64,000 nucleotides of DNA from a virus (IMGVR_UViG_3300027374_000478:95092-159091); one strand, 5' to 3'. Shown: positions 18,590 through 29,022, counted from the first letter of the stretch. A program made the numbers and translations. The notes: a model not told the origin generated them from the letters alone.

Positions 18590-19633
18590 TTGCAAGGAAA
18601 AGATAAAAATATAAATTCAAAATCTGCTGATCTGATGGAGTTAATCAGTAATGCTCCACAAAATCAAACAATAGGAGATAATTTAGTAAGAGCGTGGTCA
18701 AAGATAAACAACGATAAATACAAGAAAATTGTATGTGCTTTATCTGGCGGATCAGACAGTGATGTAATGGCAGATATTATTTGGCAATGTGATAAAGATG
18801 GTAAGGTAGAATATGTTTGGTTTGATACTGGTTTAGAATATCAGGCTACAAAAAACCATCTGAACTTGTTAAGAGAGAAGTATAATATAGAAATTAAACC
18901 ATATAAAGCAATCGTTCCTATCCCTACAAGTTGTAAAAAATATGGACAACCATTTGTTTCAAAAAATGCTTCTGAAATGATTGATAGATTACAATGTCAT
19001 GGATTCCAATGGGAAGATGAACCATTAGACATATTATTGCAAAGATATTGTGAATGGAATACAAAGAAACAAGATTGGGTTGGATGTAAAGGTGCGTTAA
19101 TGTGGTGGTGTAATGCAAATGAATCAGTCCAATTTAATATTGCATATAACAAATATCTAAAGGAGTTCATGATTCAAAATCCTCCAAAGTTCAAAATTTC
19201 TTCAAAGTGTTGTAAATATGCAAAGAAAGATGTATTACATAAGCTTGTTGCAAATGAAGGATATGATTTAAATGTATTTGGGGTTAGAAGGGCTGAAGGA
19301 GGTATTAGGCAAACAGCATATAAATCCTGTTTTGATGAAAATGGAGAAGGCTATGATAATTACAGACCTTTGTTTTGGTACACAAATTCAGACAAAGAAG
19401 ATTATGAAAACCATTATGGAATTGTACATAGTAAGTGTTATACGGAATATGGGTTAGAGAGAACGGGTTGTGCTGGTTGCCCATTTGGAAGAGATTTTGA
19501 GCAGGAGTTGGAAGTTATAGAGAAGTATGAACCAAAGCTATTTGTTGCTGTGAATAATATTTTTGGTGACAGTTATGAGTACACAAGAAAGTATAGAGAA
19601 TTCTGTAAGGAGATGGACGAGAAGAAAAAATAA
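18590..19633 (+). CDS. PAPS reductase family protein
   Basis: SGGSDS, FDTGLEY, CC..AKK, GVRRAEG, RTGCAGCPF motifs. Confidence 0.85.
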   Translation: MQGKDKNINSKSADLMELISNAPQNQTIGDNLVRAWSKINNDKYKKIVCALSGGSDSDVMADIIWQCDKDGKVEYVWFDTGLEYQATKNHLNLLREKYNIEIKPYKAIVPIPTSCKKYGQPFVSKNASEMIDRLQCHGFQWEDEPLDILLQRYCEWNTKKQDWVGCKGALMWWCNANESVQFNIAYNKYLKEFMIQNPPKFKISSKCCKYAKKDVLHKLVANEGYDLNVFGVRRAEGGIRQTAYKSCFDENGEGYDNYRPLFWYTNSDKEDYENHYGIVHSKCYTEYGLERTGCAGCPFGRDFEQELEVIEKYEPKLFVAVNNIFGDSYEYTRKYREFCKEMDEKKK

Positions 19634-19727
19634 ATAAGTAAGGTAAGTGGCAATGAAAATTTCGATTCATTGTATGTCAAAAAGTAGAAGCAAAATAAGC
19701 ATATGCAAAAATTAGAATAATAAAACC

Positions 19728-19781
19728 AGGAGGAAATGAGGTTTCTGCGCAGAATAAATCATGATTTACTCCTAAATAAGA
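19728..19781 (+). promoter_or_regulatory. Double-palindrome leader element E
   Basis: AGGAGGAAAT/ATTTACTCCT outer pairing; TTCTGCGCAGAA and TAAATCATGATTTA inside. Confidence 0.7.
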
Positions 19782-20663
19782 ATGGAATATCAAAAGAAAA
19801 TCAAATGTGAATTATATAGGGACTCTATGCAGAATTATAAGAAGTATGCAATTCCACCTGCTCAGTTAATTATTGCAGATGTTCCATATAATGTAGGAAA
19901 TAATTTTTACGGTTCAAATCCGATGTGGTACAACGGAGGAGACAACAAAAAAGGTGAAAGTAAATTAGCTGGTAAAGCAGCTTTCAATTCTGATTTTAAT
20001 TTTAATCTATATGAATATTTTCATTTTTGTTCCAAGATGCTTAAAAAAGATGATACTAGACCTGTTCCGAGAGGACGCAGTAGTGACTCACCTTGTATGA
20101 TTGTATTCTGTTCTTTTGAACAGATTCAGACACTTATTAAGGCGGCAGAAAGGCATGGGTTCATTCATTACATACCACTAATCTTTTGCAAGAATTATAG
20201 TCCACAGGTACTCAAAGCTAACATGAGGGTTGTGGGAGCTGCTGAATACGCACTCCTATTATATAGAGATAAATTGCCAAAATTCAGAAATGGTCTTCAA
20301 GTTGATGAAAATGGTAAGAACATTCCAGGAACAGGACATATGATCTTTAACTGGTTTGATGGTGGAGATGAGGATGAGTGGGGAAGAACTTATCATAGCA
20401 ACAGTACATATATGATGTGGGAAAAAGATAAGTCTAAGGAAGTTCCCAAAATCCATCCGGCTCAGAAGCCAGTAGCAGTTCTGAAACGTTTGATTGAGAT
20501 ATTTACTGATCCTGGTGATGTGGTTATTGATCCATGTGCAGGTTCTGGTACAACACTAAGAGCAGCTTATGAACTTGGCAGAAGTGCTTTCGGTTTTGAA
20601 ATTGACCGTAATTTCTACCAGAGAGCAAAAGATGAAATGTTGAATTTTGCAAAAGAAGAGTAG
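19782..20663 (+). CDS. N4/N6 (beta-class) DNA methyltransferase
   Basis: ADVPY, HPAQKP, DPCAGSGTT, GFEID motifs. Confidence 0.9.
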   Translation: MEYQKKIKCELYRDSMQNYKKYAIPPAQLIIADVPYNVGNNFYGSNPMWYNGGDNKKGESKLAGKAAFNSDFNFNLYEYFHFCSKMLKKDDTRPVPRGRSSDSPCMIVFCSFEQIQTLIKAAERHGFIHYIPLIFCKNYSPQVLKANMRVVGAAEYALLLYRDKLPKFRNGLQVDENGKNIPGTGHMIFNWFDGGDEDEWGRTYHSNSTYMMWEKDKSKEVPKIHPAQKPVAVLKRLIEIFTDPGDVVIDPCAGSGTTLRAAYELGRSAFGFEIDRNFYQRAKDEMLNFAKEE

Positions 20664-20864
20664 ATACATATAGACTTAAAACATCGGTTTCATTGGGAGT
20701 TATCAGTTCATAACTGGTAGTTCTCATTCGGGAGATAGTTGCCTTACCAATTCTAACGACTCCCAACAAACGGTAGGAATGGCGTTTACGACAGGCGGTA
20801 GTGTAGCTCCTTCCTTGTACGAGAACAAGGGCAAACTACATTAAAGAATATTTGGAGGTATAAA

Positions 20865-21083
20865 ATGGATAAGAGGGAAATAGATGGTGTAGAAATTAAT
20901 GGTAAAAGTATTATTACTTCATTAAAAATTATTAAGCAGGTTTGCAAGGACAACCTTAATGAGAAAGGAAATTGTGGTAATTGTCCATTTTTTGTAGACC
21001 AAAGTGATTGCTGTGGAATCGAAAATATGACACCTGATAATTGGAAGATTTTAGAATATACAAAGTTTCAAGCATTAGGATAA
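20865..21083 (+). CDS. small Cys-rich hypothetical protein
   Basis: GGAGG RBS; CGNCPF motif; stop starts site 21081. Confidence 0.7.
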   Translation: MDKREIDGVEINGKSIITSLKIIKQVCKDNLNEKGNCGNCPFFVDQSDCCGIENMTPDNWKILEYTKFQALG

Positions 21084-21115
21084 ATTTTTCATTTCAAAGG
21101 AAGGAGAAACAAGTA

Positions 21116-21358
21116 ATGAAGGTTAATCTACACAGAGTTAATTATGATGGTTCAGAGAATAGTAATGGAAATTGGTGGGTATGGAAAGAGATATGTGATA
21201 AATGTGGAAAAACAGTTTCAGACGAAGATATATTACACTCGTTTCCTGGAGATGAATCAGAATTAGATTTTTGTGTAGATTGTTATCATTATTTATTGGA
21301 TAATGGTATTTCATACGAACAGGCTATTGGTTTGTATGGTAAAAACTCAAACGGTTAA
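21116..21358 (+). CDS. small Zn-finger protein (single-gene cassette)
   Basis: CDKCG..CVDC; flanked by sites 21081 and 21356. Confidence 0.7.
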   Translation: MKVNLHRVNYDGSENSNGNWWVWKEICDKCGKTVSDEDILHSFPGDESELDFCVDCYHYLLDNGISYEQAIGLYGKNSNG

Positions 21359-21403
21359 AACAACTCTTTCATTGGGAAAAATTTAAAGAAATGAGGTCAT
21401 AAA

Positions 21404-22504
21404 ATGATTAAGAAAATTGATAAGAAGAACAAATTTATATCTATGTTTAATCCCAATACAGGATTTTACATGAGAAGTGGAGTTATTGAAGATGGCAAAG
21501 ACACAAGCAAAGATCCTTTTATGACTTCATTTCCAGAATTATTAGACATAGGAGTAATGGGACATTGTGTTCATGGAGACAGTGGTCTATGTATTAAATC
21601 TGGCGTTCAGTGTTATCAGAATGGTTTAAAGACAAAATATCCAAATATGTCTTTTGAAAATTTCAAGAGAATTGTGGACGAGTGTAAGGGTAAAACTTTT
21701 CAGTTTGCTTTAGGTGGTAGAGGTGATGTGGATCAGCATGAAGATTTTGAAAAGATTCTAAGATATAGTAGAGAAAATGGTATCGTGCCAAACTTTACAT
21801 CATCTGGTCTTGGATTTACTGTAGAGATTGTTTCACTTTGTAAAGAGCTTTGTGGAGCTGTTGCAATCAGTTGGTATCGTCAGGAACATACATATAAAGC
21901 AATTCAGATGTTGTTAGACGCAGGAATTAAAACTAATATTCATTATGTGTTAGGTAATAATTCTATTGATGAAGCAATTAAGAGATTAAAAAGCAATGAT
22001 TTCCCTAAAGGCATCAATGCGATAATTTTTTTGTTGCATAAGCCGGTAGGATTAGGGCAGGAAAATAATGTGTTAGATATAGAAGATAAAAGAGTAAGAG
22101 AATTCTTTCATATTATTGATACTCAGCAGTTCGATTTCAAAATTGGTTTTGACTCTTGTACAGTTCCAGCACTTATCAATATGACTTCAAATATAAATGA
22201 GGATAGTTTTGATACTTGTGAAGGTGGTAGATGGTCTGCTTATATTACATCAGATATGAAAATGCTACCTTGTAGCTTTGATAATCAAGATATGAGATGG
22301 GCATATGATATTTCAAATGATACAGTACAGAACGCCTGGAACAGTAAACAGTTTGAGGATTTTAGAGATCATTTTAGAAATTCATGTAGTGGTTGTAGTA
22401 GGCAGTGTGAATGTAGGGGAGGTTGTCCTATTAGAAGACAGATAGTTTTATGTGACAGGAAGGAGAAAGATTTATATGAAAGTACGCAGCGATTTTGTGA
22501 CTAA
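21404..22504 (+). CDS. radical SAM/SPASM domain protein
   Basis: Variant Cys motif CVHG....C......C, ALGGRG, C-terminal CEGG..PC..CSGC.....CRGGCP. Confidence 0.9.
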   Translation: MIKKIDKKNKFISMFNPNTGFYMRSGVIEDGKDTSKDPFMTSFPELLDIGVMGHCVHGDSGLCIKSGVQCYQNGLKTKYPNMSFENFKRIVDECKGKTFQFALGGRGDVDQHEDFEKILRYSRENGIVPNFTSSGLGFTVEIVSLCKELCGAVAISWYRQEHTYKAIQMLLDAGIKTNIHYVLGNNSIDEAIKRLKSNDFPKGINAIIFLLHKPVGLGQENNVLDIEDKRVREFFHIIDTQQFDFKIGFDSCTVPALINMTSNINEDSFDTCEGGRWSAYITSDMKMLPCSFDNQDMRWAYDISNDTVQNAWNSKQFEDFRDHFRNSCSGCSRQCECRGGCPIRRQIVLCDRKEKDLYESTQRFCD

Positions 22505-22814
22505 TTCATCAAGTAGCAGTTTTATAATTGCAAAAAGAGAAAATTGCACTATTGATGAAATAAGAAATAATTTAAATGAGAATAAAGAAAATATTAAATA
22601 CATATTGGAAATGTTTGATATGGATACTGATGGTAAATCAGTTGAAAAATTCATAAATGATTTATCCAATCAGTTATTTAGAGAACCATCAGACTTGCAT
22701 CTTGGAGATTGGATTGCATCAGCAGTTGAATATTGCAATGAAGATGATGAGTTTGGAGCGTTTATGTATGATTATGGATATAAACTTGGCACAGAAAACT
22801 TTAAGGTGGGATAA
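22476..22814 (+). CDS. FVTNSSSS-motif protein 1
   Basis: N-terminus MKVRSDFVTNSSSSSFII. Confidence 0.85.
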   Translation: MKVRSDFVTNSSSSSFIIAKRENCTIDEIRNNLNENKENIKYILEMFDMDTDGKSVEKFINDLSNQLFREPSDLHLGDWIASAVEYCNEDDEFGAFMYDYGYKLGTENFKVG

Positions 22815-22819
22815 AAAAT

Positions 22820-23416
22820 ATGAAGATAAGAACTGATTTTGTTACAAATAGCAGTAGTTCTAGTTTCGTTTGCGAAATATGTGGTCGTACTGAAAGTGGG
22901 TGGGATATGTGTTTGTCAGATACAGAAATGATGGAATGTGTTAATGGTCATACATTTTGTTGTGATGAATCTCTTCCAAAACCTACAAAAGAAGAAATGG
23001 TTAAAATGATTATAGAGAACGAGTGGAACAAAGACGCTTGGAGTTCTGATTTAAAAGACTACAAAGATTATTCGGAAGATGAATTACTTGTAATGGAAGA
23101 AGATGAGTTATGGGGATTTTGCTGTGAAGATAGTGGATGCTATGAAGTTCCTGAGTGTGTATGCCCTATTTGCCAATTTATTGAATACTCAGAATATGAT
23201 CTTAGTGCTTACTTATTAAAGCAATATGGTGTACCCAGAGAGGATGTATTTGCAGAGGTTAAGAAACTGAATAAAAGAAGAAAGAAATTATATGAAAATG
23301 AATATATTACACATGTTTGTAAGCAGTTCAATTTGAATCCAACAGAAATCGTTGCAGGGTGGAAAGAAAAATTTGGTACTTATGAGAAATTTAAAGTGTG
23401 GTTAAATGAAAAATAG
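22820..23416 (+). CDS. FVTNSSSS-motif protein 2 with Cys clusters
   Basis: N-terminus MKIRTDFVTNSSSSSFVCEICG; CVNGHTFC, CPIC. Confidence 0.85.
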   Translation: MKIRTDFVTNSSSSSFVCEICGRTESGWDMCLSDTEMMECVNGHTFCCDESLPKPTKEEMVKMIIENEWNKDAWSSDLKDYKDYSEDELLVMEEDELWGFCCEDSGCYEVPECVCPICQFIEYSEYDLSAYLLKQYGVPREDVFAEVKKLNKRRKKLYENEYITHVCKQFNLNPTEIVAGWKEKFGTYEKFKVWLNEK

Positions 23417-23457
23417 TCTTGAAATTTTGCTTTTATTGGATGAGGAAGGAGGAAATA

Positions 23458-23817
23458 TTGGATAGAGAAAAATTTATTTCTCAGCTACCTATAACTGAGA
23501 AAAATATAGACAAGCAATGGATTATGAGTGTAATGAAACAGTCTGTAGATTCCAATTTACATGATGGTAATCCAAGAGGGCATAGAAACTTAATTATTGT
23601 CATGGAAGAACTCGCTGAGTTAAGTAAAGAAATTTCAAAAGAACTTAGAGGGAAAGGCGATCAATATAATATTCTTGAAGAATTGGCTGATGTGCAGCTT
23701 AGTATTTATTATGTTCAAGAAGTTTGTGGTGTCAACAATGACGACTTACATAAAGCAATGAATATTAAAATGAGAAGACTTGAGGAAGTTTTGAATAAAA
23801 AAGGGAAGTATCAATAA
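23458..23817 (+). CDS. MazG-like nucleotide pyrophosphohydrolase
   Basis: MEELAEL..EELADV motif. Confidence 0.75.
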   Translation: MDREKFISQLPITEKNIDKQWIMSVMKQSVDSNLHDGNPRGHRNLIIVMEELAELSKEISKELRGKGDQYNILEELADVQLSIYYVQEVCGVNNDDLHKAMNIKMRRLEEVLNKKGKYQ

Positions 23818-23839
23818 AGAACAAAGAATAAAAAAACAT

Positions 23840-23893
23840 GGGAGGCAAAGAGGTTTGTCATGACAGAAAAGTGCGCTTTACTCCTAAATAATA
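23840..23893 (+). promoter_or_regulatory. Double-palindrome leader element F (palindrome order swapped relative to E)
   Basis: GGAGG..GAGGTT-TGTCATGACA-AAAGTGCGCTTT-ACTCCTAAATA. Confidence 0.7.
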
Positions 23894-25069
23894 TTGAAAA
23901 TAGCAATTATAGATGCGGATCTGATAGGTAGGGACAAGCACAGGTTTCCTAATCTAGTTTGTATGAAACTATCAGGTTATTATAAAGAACTTGGTGCTGA
24001 AGTTGAATTGAAAATGGATTATGAAGAATTAGCAGCATGTGATAAAGTATTCATTTCCAAAGTGTTTACTGACACACCAATAGATGAAGAGATTTTGAAA
24101 CTTTCAAATGTAGAATATGGCGATACAGGATTCTTTTATGACAAAGCTCCGAAACTTCCTAATGAAGTAGAACATCATATGCCGGATTATAATTTGTATG
24201 ATGAGTGGGTGAATGACAGATTAAACGAAGGTGGTAAGAGAAAGGATTTTACATATTATCTTGATTATTCAATTGGCTTTATGAGTCGTGGATGCATCAG
24301 ACAATGTAGTTTCTGTGTGAATAAGAATTATAAATCATGTGAAGTTCACAGTCATTTATCTGAGTTTCTGGATGAGAGCAGACCATATATCTGTTTGTTG
24401 GATGACAATGTACTGGCTTGCAAGGACTGGAGAAATATATTTGAAGAACTTATTGCGACAGGTAAGAAATTTCAGTTCAAACAAGGTTGTGACGAGAGAC
24501 TTCTTACAGATGAAAAATGTGAGGTTCTGTTTGAGAGATCAAAGTGGATAGGGGACAGGATATTTGCATTTGACAATATTAAAGATAGAGAAGTAATAGA
24601 AAGAAAGTTACAGATGATAAGGAGACACACTAATGATCAGATTAAATTCTATACATTTTGTGCGTACAATCATGATAACATAGGTGTTTATGATGAGGAG
24701 TTTTGGGTTAAGGATATAGAAGATCTGTTTGAGCGAATCAAAATTCTAATGACTTATGGGTGCTTGCCTTATGTAATGAGATTCAAAGATTATGTTCTGA
24801 GTCCATATAAAGGGATTTATATCAATGTTGCGAGTTGGTGTAATCAGCCAAGTCTATTTCGTAAGATGAGTTTTGCTGAGTACAGTATGGCGAGAGGTAT
24901 GAGTAATGAAAACTACAAAAAATATAAAATGGATTTTGATTTATACTTAGCAGATGGCAATAAGAAAGGTTCGTCATGGAGATATTACGAAGAATTCACA
25001 CGCAAATATCCAGAGATTGCAGAGAAGTATTTTCATATGAAGTGGAATTATTCAAATAGGAACAGTTAA
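23894..25069 (+). CDS. radical SAM protein
   Basis: SRGCIRQCSFC, LLDDN; N-terminal FPNLVCMKLS. Confidence 0.85.
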   Translation: MKIAIIDADLIGRDKHRFPNLVCMKLSGYYKELGAEVELKMDYEELAACDKVFISKVFTDTPIDEEILKLSNVEYGDTGFFYDKAPKLPNEVEHHMPDYNLYDEWVNDRLNEGGKRKDFTYYLDYSIGFMSRGCIRQCSFCVNKNYKSCEVHSHLSEFLDESRPYICLLDDNVLACKDWRNIFEELIATGKKFQFKQGCDERLLTDEKCEVLFERSKWIGDRIFAFDNIKDREVIERKLQMIRRHTNDQIKFYTFCAYNHDNIGVYDEEFWVKDIEDLFERIKILMTYGCLPYVMRFKDYVLSPYKGIYINVASWCNQPSLFRKMSFAEYSMARGMSNENYKKYKMDFDLYLADGNKKGSSWRYYEEFTRKYPEIAEKYFHMKWNYSNRNS

Positions 25070-25082
25070 GATGGAGTGAATT

Positions 25083-25394
25083 ATGTCAAAAGTAAATTAC
25101 AGAAAATGTGATATTTGTGGTGATATTTTAAAGAAAGATATAAGAGTTTATGGTTTTGTTAATGGTTATAGGATCTGGAATAGGTTATTCAACAAATTAG
25201 ACATCTGTAATTCATGTATGAAAAAAATTAGGCATCTTTCTACAGATGTTAAAGATGAAAAAGAATATGTTGATGAATTGTTTGACAAACATGAGCCATA
25301 CGAAAATTGTGATAATGAATCGGCATATTTGCAAGGTGCTGAAGATATGTTGAATATTCTTAGTCATAAAAGATTGAAGAATATTAAAAAGTAA
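25083..25394 (+). CDS. Zn-finger hypothetical protein
   Basis: CDICG..DICNSC. Confidence 0.7.
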   Translation: MSKVNYRKCDICGDILKKDIRVYGFVNGYRIWNRLFNKLDICNSCMKKIRHLSTDVKDEKEYVDELFDKHEPYENCDNESAYLQGAEDMLNILSHKRLKNIKK

Positions 25395-25525
25395 TATTCC
25401 ACACGGAATATAAAATGTATTCCGAAATTCCAATTTGGATATCGGATAGGCGGTTTTCTAGCCCGTTACATACGCATATGCCTATGTAGAATGTCTTTTA
25501 AAAGGCAATAGAACCAGAGTTTCAA

Positions 25526-25560
25526 GGCAGATACCATAATTTTGATTTATAATATCTGCC
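25526..25560. terminator. hairpin, probable terminator of the minus-strand gene
   Basis: GGCAGATA..TATCTGCC inverted repeat between convergent genes. Confidence 0.5.
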
Positions 25561-25578
25561 AGAAAAAGTTTGTTTATA

Positions 25579-26067
25579 TTAGCTGTTTAAGGTATCTATT
25601 TTTCCCTCAATAGTATGAAGTAGCCTGCGAAAATCAATTATGATTGGAATTTCATAAGGATATAATTCGTCCTCATTTAATGGTAATTTTATTTTTAAAA
25701 GCATATCATGGATGTCTGATAGTTCTTGCAATTGTAAATTATTTCGATCAATATAGCAAGACACCTTATTTGTTAAATCAGTGAGACCAGCAATATTACC
25801 ATAACGAAGGATATCAATTTGATTGACATATTCATCTGATTTTGGTAGAGAATTGTTCCAACTAATTATTTGTTTTTGACTTTCTAATTCAGCGTTAATT
25901 TTTGCTAATATTTGAGAAGTATCAGCATCCTTTTCTTTTAGACTTTTTTCAATTTCTAAACGTATATCATTTTTGGATTTTTTGTTACTTCTGTAACTTA
26001 TGTATGCCACAATTATTGGAGAAATAATAACGAGAATATCCTTTATTGCAGTTAAATATGCATCCAT
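25579..26067 (-). CDS. N-terminally membrane-anchored hypothetical protein (moron-like)
   Basis: One TM helix; AAGGAG RBS and TG-N-TATAAT promoter on minus strand. Confidence 0.75.
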   Translation of the reverse strand: MDAYLTAIKDILVIISPIIVAYISYRSNKKSKNDIRLEIEKSLKEKDADTSQILAKINAELESQKQIISWNNSLPKSDEYVNQIDILRYGNIAGLTDLTNKVSCYIDRNNLQLQELSDIHDMLLKIKLPLNEDELYPYEIPIIIDFRRLLHTIEGKIDTLNS

Positions 26068-26240
26068 ATGTGTTCTCTCCTTAATTCTTAATTGGATTCT
26101 CAGTGTTTATAGAATTATATCACAAAAATGCATGGAAATCTATATGAAATAAAAATTGATTAAAATGGAGAAAAAGAAGATGTGAGAAAAAGAAAGTAAT
26201 AAAATTTTTGAATTGAGATAAAGAATAGAGGTGACAAACT

Positions 26241-27071
26241 ATAAATAATTATATTCCAATAAATTTTACATATTATGATCCACGAAGCAGTTTGTTTAAG
26301 TCTGGTAGAAGTGACAAAGAAAGGATTACAGTTTATACTTGCAATAATTCAGAAAATTGTGATGCTTGTAAGAGAAACAAGTGTGTAATGTTAAATGGAT
26401 TATATTCGCATTCTTGTCCTTATGGACAAATGAGAAGAGAAGAAGGATATACAAAAGCTGCAAGAAGATGTGGTGATTTAATACGAAAGAGAAAAGAAGA
26501 GTATGGAGATGTTGCACATTCCAAAGGAGATTTAAAATTTTTGTGTTACATTGGTGACTATGTGTTTCTTCCATTACCACATTTGATTAATTATTCAAAT
26601 TCAATTAGAGATAAAAACTTCTTTAAAGGTGACGGAGATATTATTAAAAAGGAAGATTTTACACCTGAGTTTATTGTAGAACTTATAAAATATAGACCAG
26701 AGGCATTAATGGGTGGCGAGATTACTTCCTATCAGAAGAAAGAAGTCCCTAAATTCTGTAACCAGCTTAAACGATATATGTCAGATATGTATGAAAAAGT
26801 AAAAACGATATATCCAGAGATAGAAGATAGAATTGAGGATATAGATTATAGAGATAAAATGGCAAAGGTGGTTACATTGCTTCCTGGAAAGGTAAAACTT
26901 AGCACAAAGATACTGGAATGGGACGGAAGTGTAATAAAAGCAGAGGGAAACCAACTTACATTTTGGGGACTGTCTAGAGAAACTGTTATAATTACTCCTG
27001 ATGAAAACACTTATGTTCAAATTGTAGATAATGCAACAGTTACAGACGATACAGAATTTAAAGATGAATGA
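26241..27071 (+). CDS. hypothetical Cys-rich phage protein (ATA start)
   Basis: GAGGTG RBS; frame open from ATA 26241. Confidence 0.7.
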   Translation: MNNYIPINFTYYDPRSSLFKSGRSDKERITVYTCNNSENCDACKRNKCVMLNGLYSHSCPYGQMRREEGYTKAARRCGDLIRKRKEEYGDVAHSKGDLKFLCYIGDYVFLPLPHLINYSNSIRDKNFFKGDGDIIKKEDFTPEFIVELIKYRPEALMGGEITSYQKKEVPKFCNQLKRYMSDMYEKVKTIYPEIEDRIEDIDYRDKMAKVVTLLPGKVKLSTKILEWDGSVIKAEGNQLTFWGLSRETVIITPDENTYVQIVDNATVTDDTEFKDE

Positions 27072-27102
27072 GGCAATAAAAGGTTAATTTTAAGGAGAAA
27101 TT

Positions 27103-27525
27103 ATGGATAATAACTATACAAGAGTTATTAATGTAGAAGAATTTCAGCAAAAGATATTAGATTATAAATCTTCTGATGAATTAGATAAAACGATTAGCAA
27201 CACTGTTTTTGTTGGGAAACCAGAATGTAAGAGTGCGGTTGCTCACGGAATGGCACTTGCTTCAATGCTAACAAGCACTTGCGAAACAATGTATGTAAAA
27301 GACAGAGAGGATAAGGAAGAACAAATGGAAGAAAATAAGAAAATAAATACTGTAGCAGTGAGATGGTGGGATGGATATAAAGAAGATTTCAGAGCAACAG
27401 AGATACGTTTTGGATCAGATTTACTCTGGATGAGACTTGAAGATGGAAATAACCGTCACATTCCTTTAAGAATGGTTCGTTGGTTTGGTACATCTATTGA
27501 GAGTCATCAAAATACAGGGATGTAA
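27103..27525 (+). CDS. hypothetical protein
   Basis: AAGGAG RBS directly after site 27077. Confidence 0.7.
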   Translation: MDNNYTRVINVEEFQQKILDYKSSDELDKTISNTVFVGKPECKSAVAHGMALASMLTSTCETMYVKDREDKEEQMEENKKINTVAVRWWDGYKEDFRATEIRFGSDLLWMRLEDGNNRHIPLRMVRWFGTSIESHQNTGM

Positions 27526-27729
27526 GATATTTTGATATGGATAGAAATGACTTATTAGTAGAATCTTCTAATGGCAAAGACCCAGAACCATGTAGTGATT
27601 ATGATAAAGAAACTGGTTATTGTAAAAGTTTTGGTAAACCGTGTGATGCATGTTATGAAAATAGTTTAAAGAAATGGTTTTATTACTATTGAAATCTTGG
27701 TTTCAAGTGGCGGGAGGTGATGCAATAAC

Positions 27730-28044
27730 TTGAACACAATATATACAGTAATGGTAATGACAGATTTGACTTATGATGAACAAACGAAATTTCCTAAGTT
27801 TGGTTCTGAAAATCTTGTTGGCTGGTATTTTGAATTTGAAGACGCTTATTCATCTGTATCTGGAAATTGTTGTGATATAAATGAAACTTGTTATAAGTAT
27901 GCACTTATTGAAGAATGTAAAGAAGGTTTATATAATCCGGCAAGCAAGAGATGGTGGTTTGAATATAATCATGAAAAAGATAGATATTTCCAGATTAAGG
28001 AGCCTGATTTTATAAAAGGATTTTGTGGATTTACTATTGGGTAA
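27730..28044 (+). CDS. hypothetical protein
   Basis: GGAGGTG RBS after site 27690. Confidence 0.7.
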   Translation: MNTIYTVMVMTDLTYDEQTKFPKFGSENLVGWYFEFEDAYSSVSGNCCDINETCYKYALIEECKEGLYNPASKRWWFEYNHEKDRYFQIKEPDFIKGFCGFTIG

Positions 28045-28056
28045 GAGAGGTGATAA

Positions 28057-28806
28057 ATAATTAGTAAGATTAAAGATTTATTTTCAACAATTGAATTAAA
28101 AGCAAAAATAGAAAAAGAGTTAAAAGTTATTACTAATAAGCTAAATTCACAGGCGAATAGTATAGATATATCTGAACTAAATGACCATACATATGAGGAA
28201 TGTAGAAACTTATATAAGCATATTCAATATTACATTGATGATAAAAATTTACTGAATCAATTATCTACGATCGTTGAGAAGAAAAGATTGAAAAAATATC
28301 CAGAATTATTAAAACCTACATATTATCCAGAAATTGATTCATTAGATATTTTTGATTCAGAGAAGATTAGATTAGACAAAGCTGCACGATGGAATGTTAG
28401 AAATTATATGAATGAAAATAATATCAAAAAAATGACATATCCATTATCTATTGAAGACTTGGAATTGTTAAAAAGTATTGATATTGTTGAAAAGAAATAT
28501 AATTTCAGATGTAAAAGTTGTGGAAGTTCATGCGATATAATTTCCGAAAGTGATTTAGAAAAGTACAAAATATTTTGGGAACTTATTGAACTTGAAAAAC
28601 AGAAGAAAATCACGAGTGAGCAATTAGATGAGTTGGATCAGTTAGAAAAAGATGGATTTTATGAAATCTATTTGTGTTGTATGGACGAAGACGAGTGTGA
28701 TGATGTTGAAATCACAAATGAAAAAGAATTATCTGATTACATGAGAAATGTAGAAATAGTTTATAAGGTAGTAAAGAGTCCGAATCTAACATATGAGAAA
28801 TTATAG
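28057..28806 (+). CDS. hypothetical protein (ATA/ATT start)
   Basis: Frame open 77 codons upstream of TTG 28288; GAGGTG RBS. Confidence 0.7.
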   Translation: MISKIKDLFSTIELKAKIEKELKVITNKLNSQANSIDISELNDHTYEECRNLYKHIQYYIDDKNLLNQLSTIVEKKRLKKYPELLKPTYYPEIDSLDIFDSEKIRLDKAARWNVRNYMNENNIKKMTYPLSIEDLELLKSIDIVEKKYNFRCKSCGSSCDIISESDLEKYKIFWELIELEKQKKITSEQLDELDQLEKDGFYEIYLCCMDEDECDDVEITNEKELSDYMRNVEIVYKVVKSPNLTYEKL

Positions 28807-28825
28807 AAAAAGGAGAAGAAGTAGT

Positions 28826-29005
28826 ATGGATAAGAATCAGATATATGAAACAGCATTTGAAACAATTAAAGAATCTACAGAATGGGGATTAGAAGATGAA
28901 AGTAAAACATATGGACACTAGATCGATGGTGTAGTGGCGATGACAGATAATCTTATTGATAAACTTAAAGAAGAAAAGAATGGTAGACCTGTAGAGAAGT
29001 ATTAA
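28826..29005 (+). pseudogene. small ORF with internal TAG
   Basis: AAGGAG RBS; TAG at 28919; frame continues to TAA that starts site 29003. Confidence 0.55.
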
Positions 29006-29022
29006 AAGCACGATTTCAAGGT

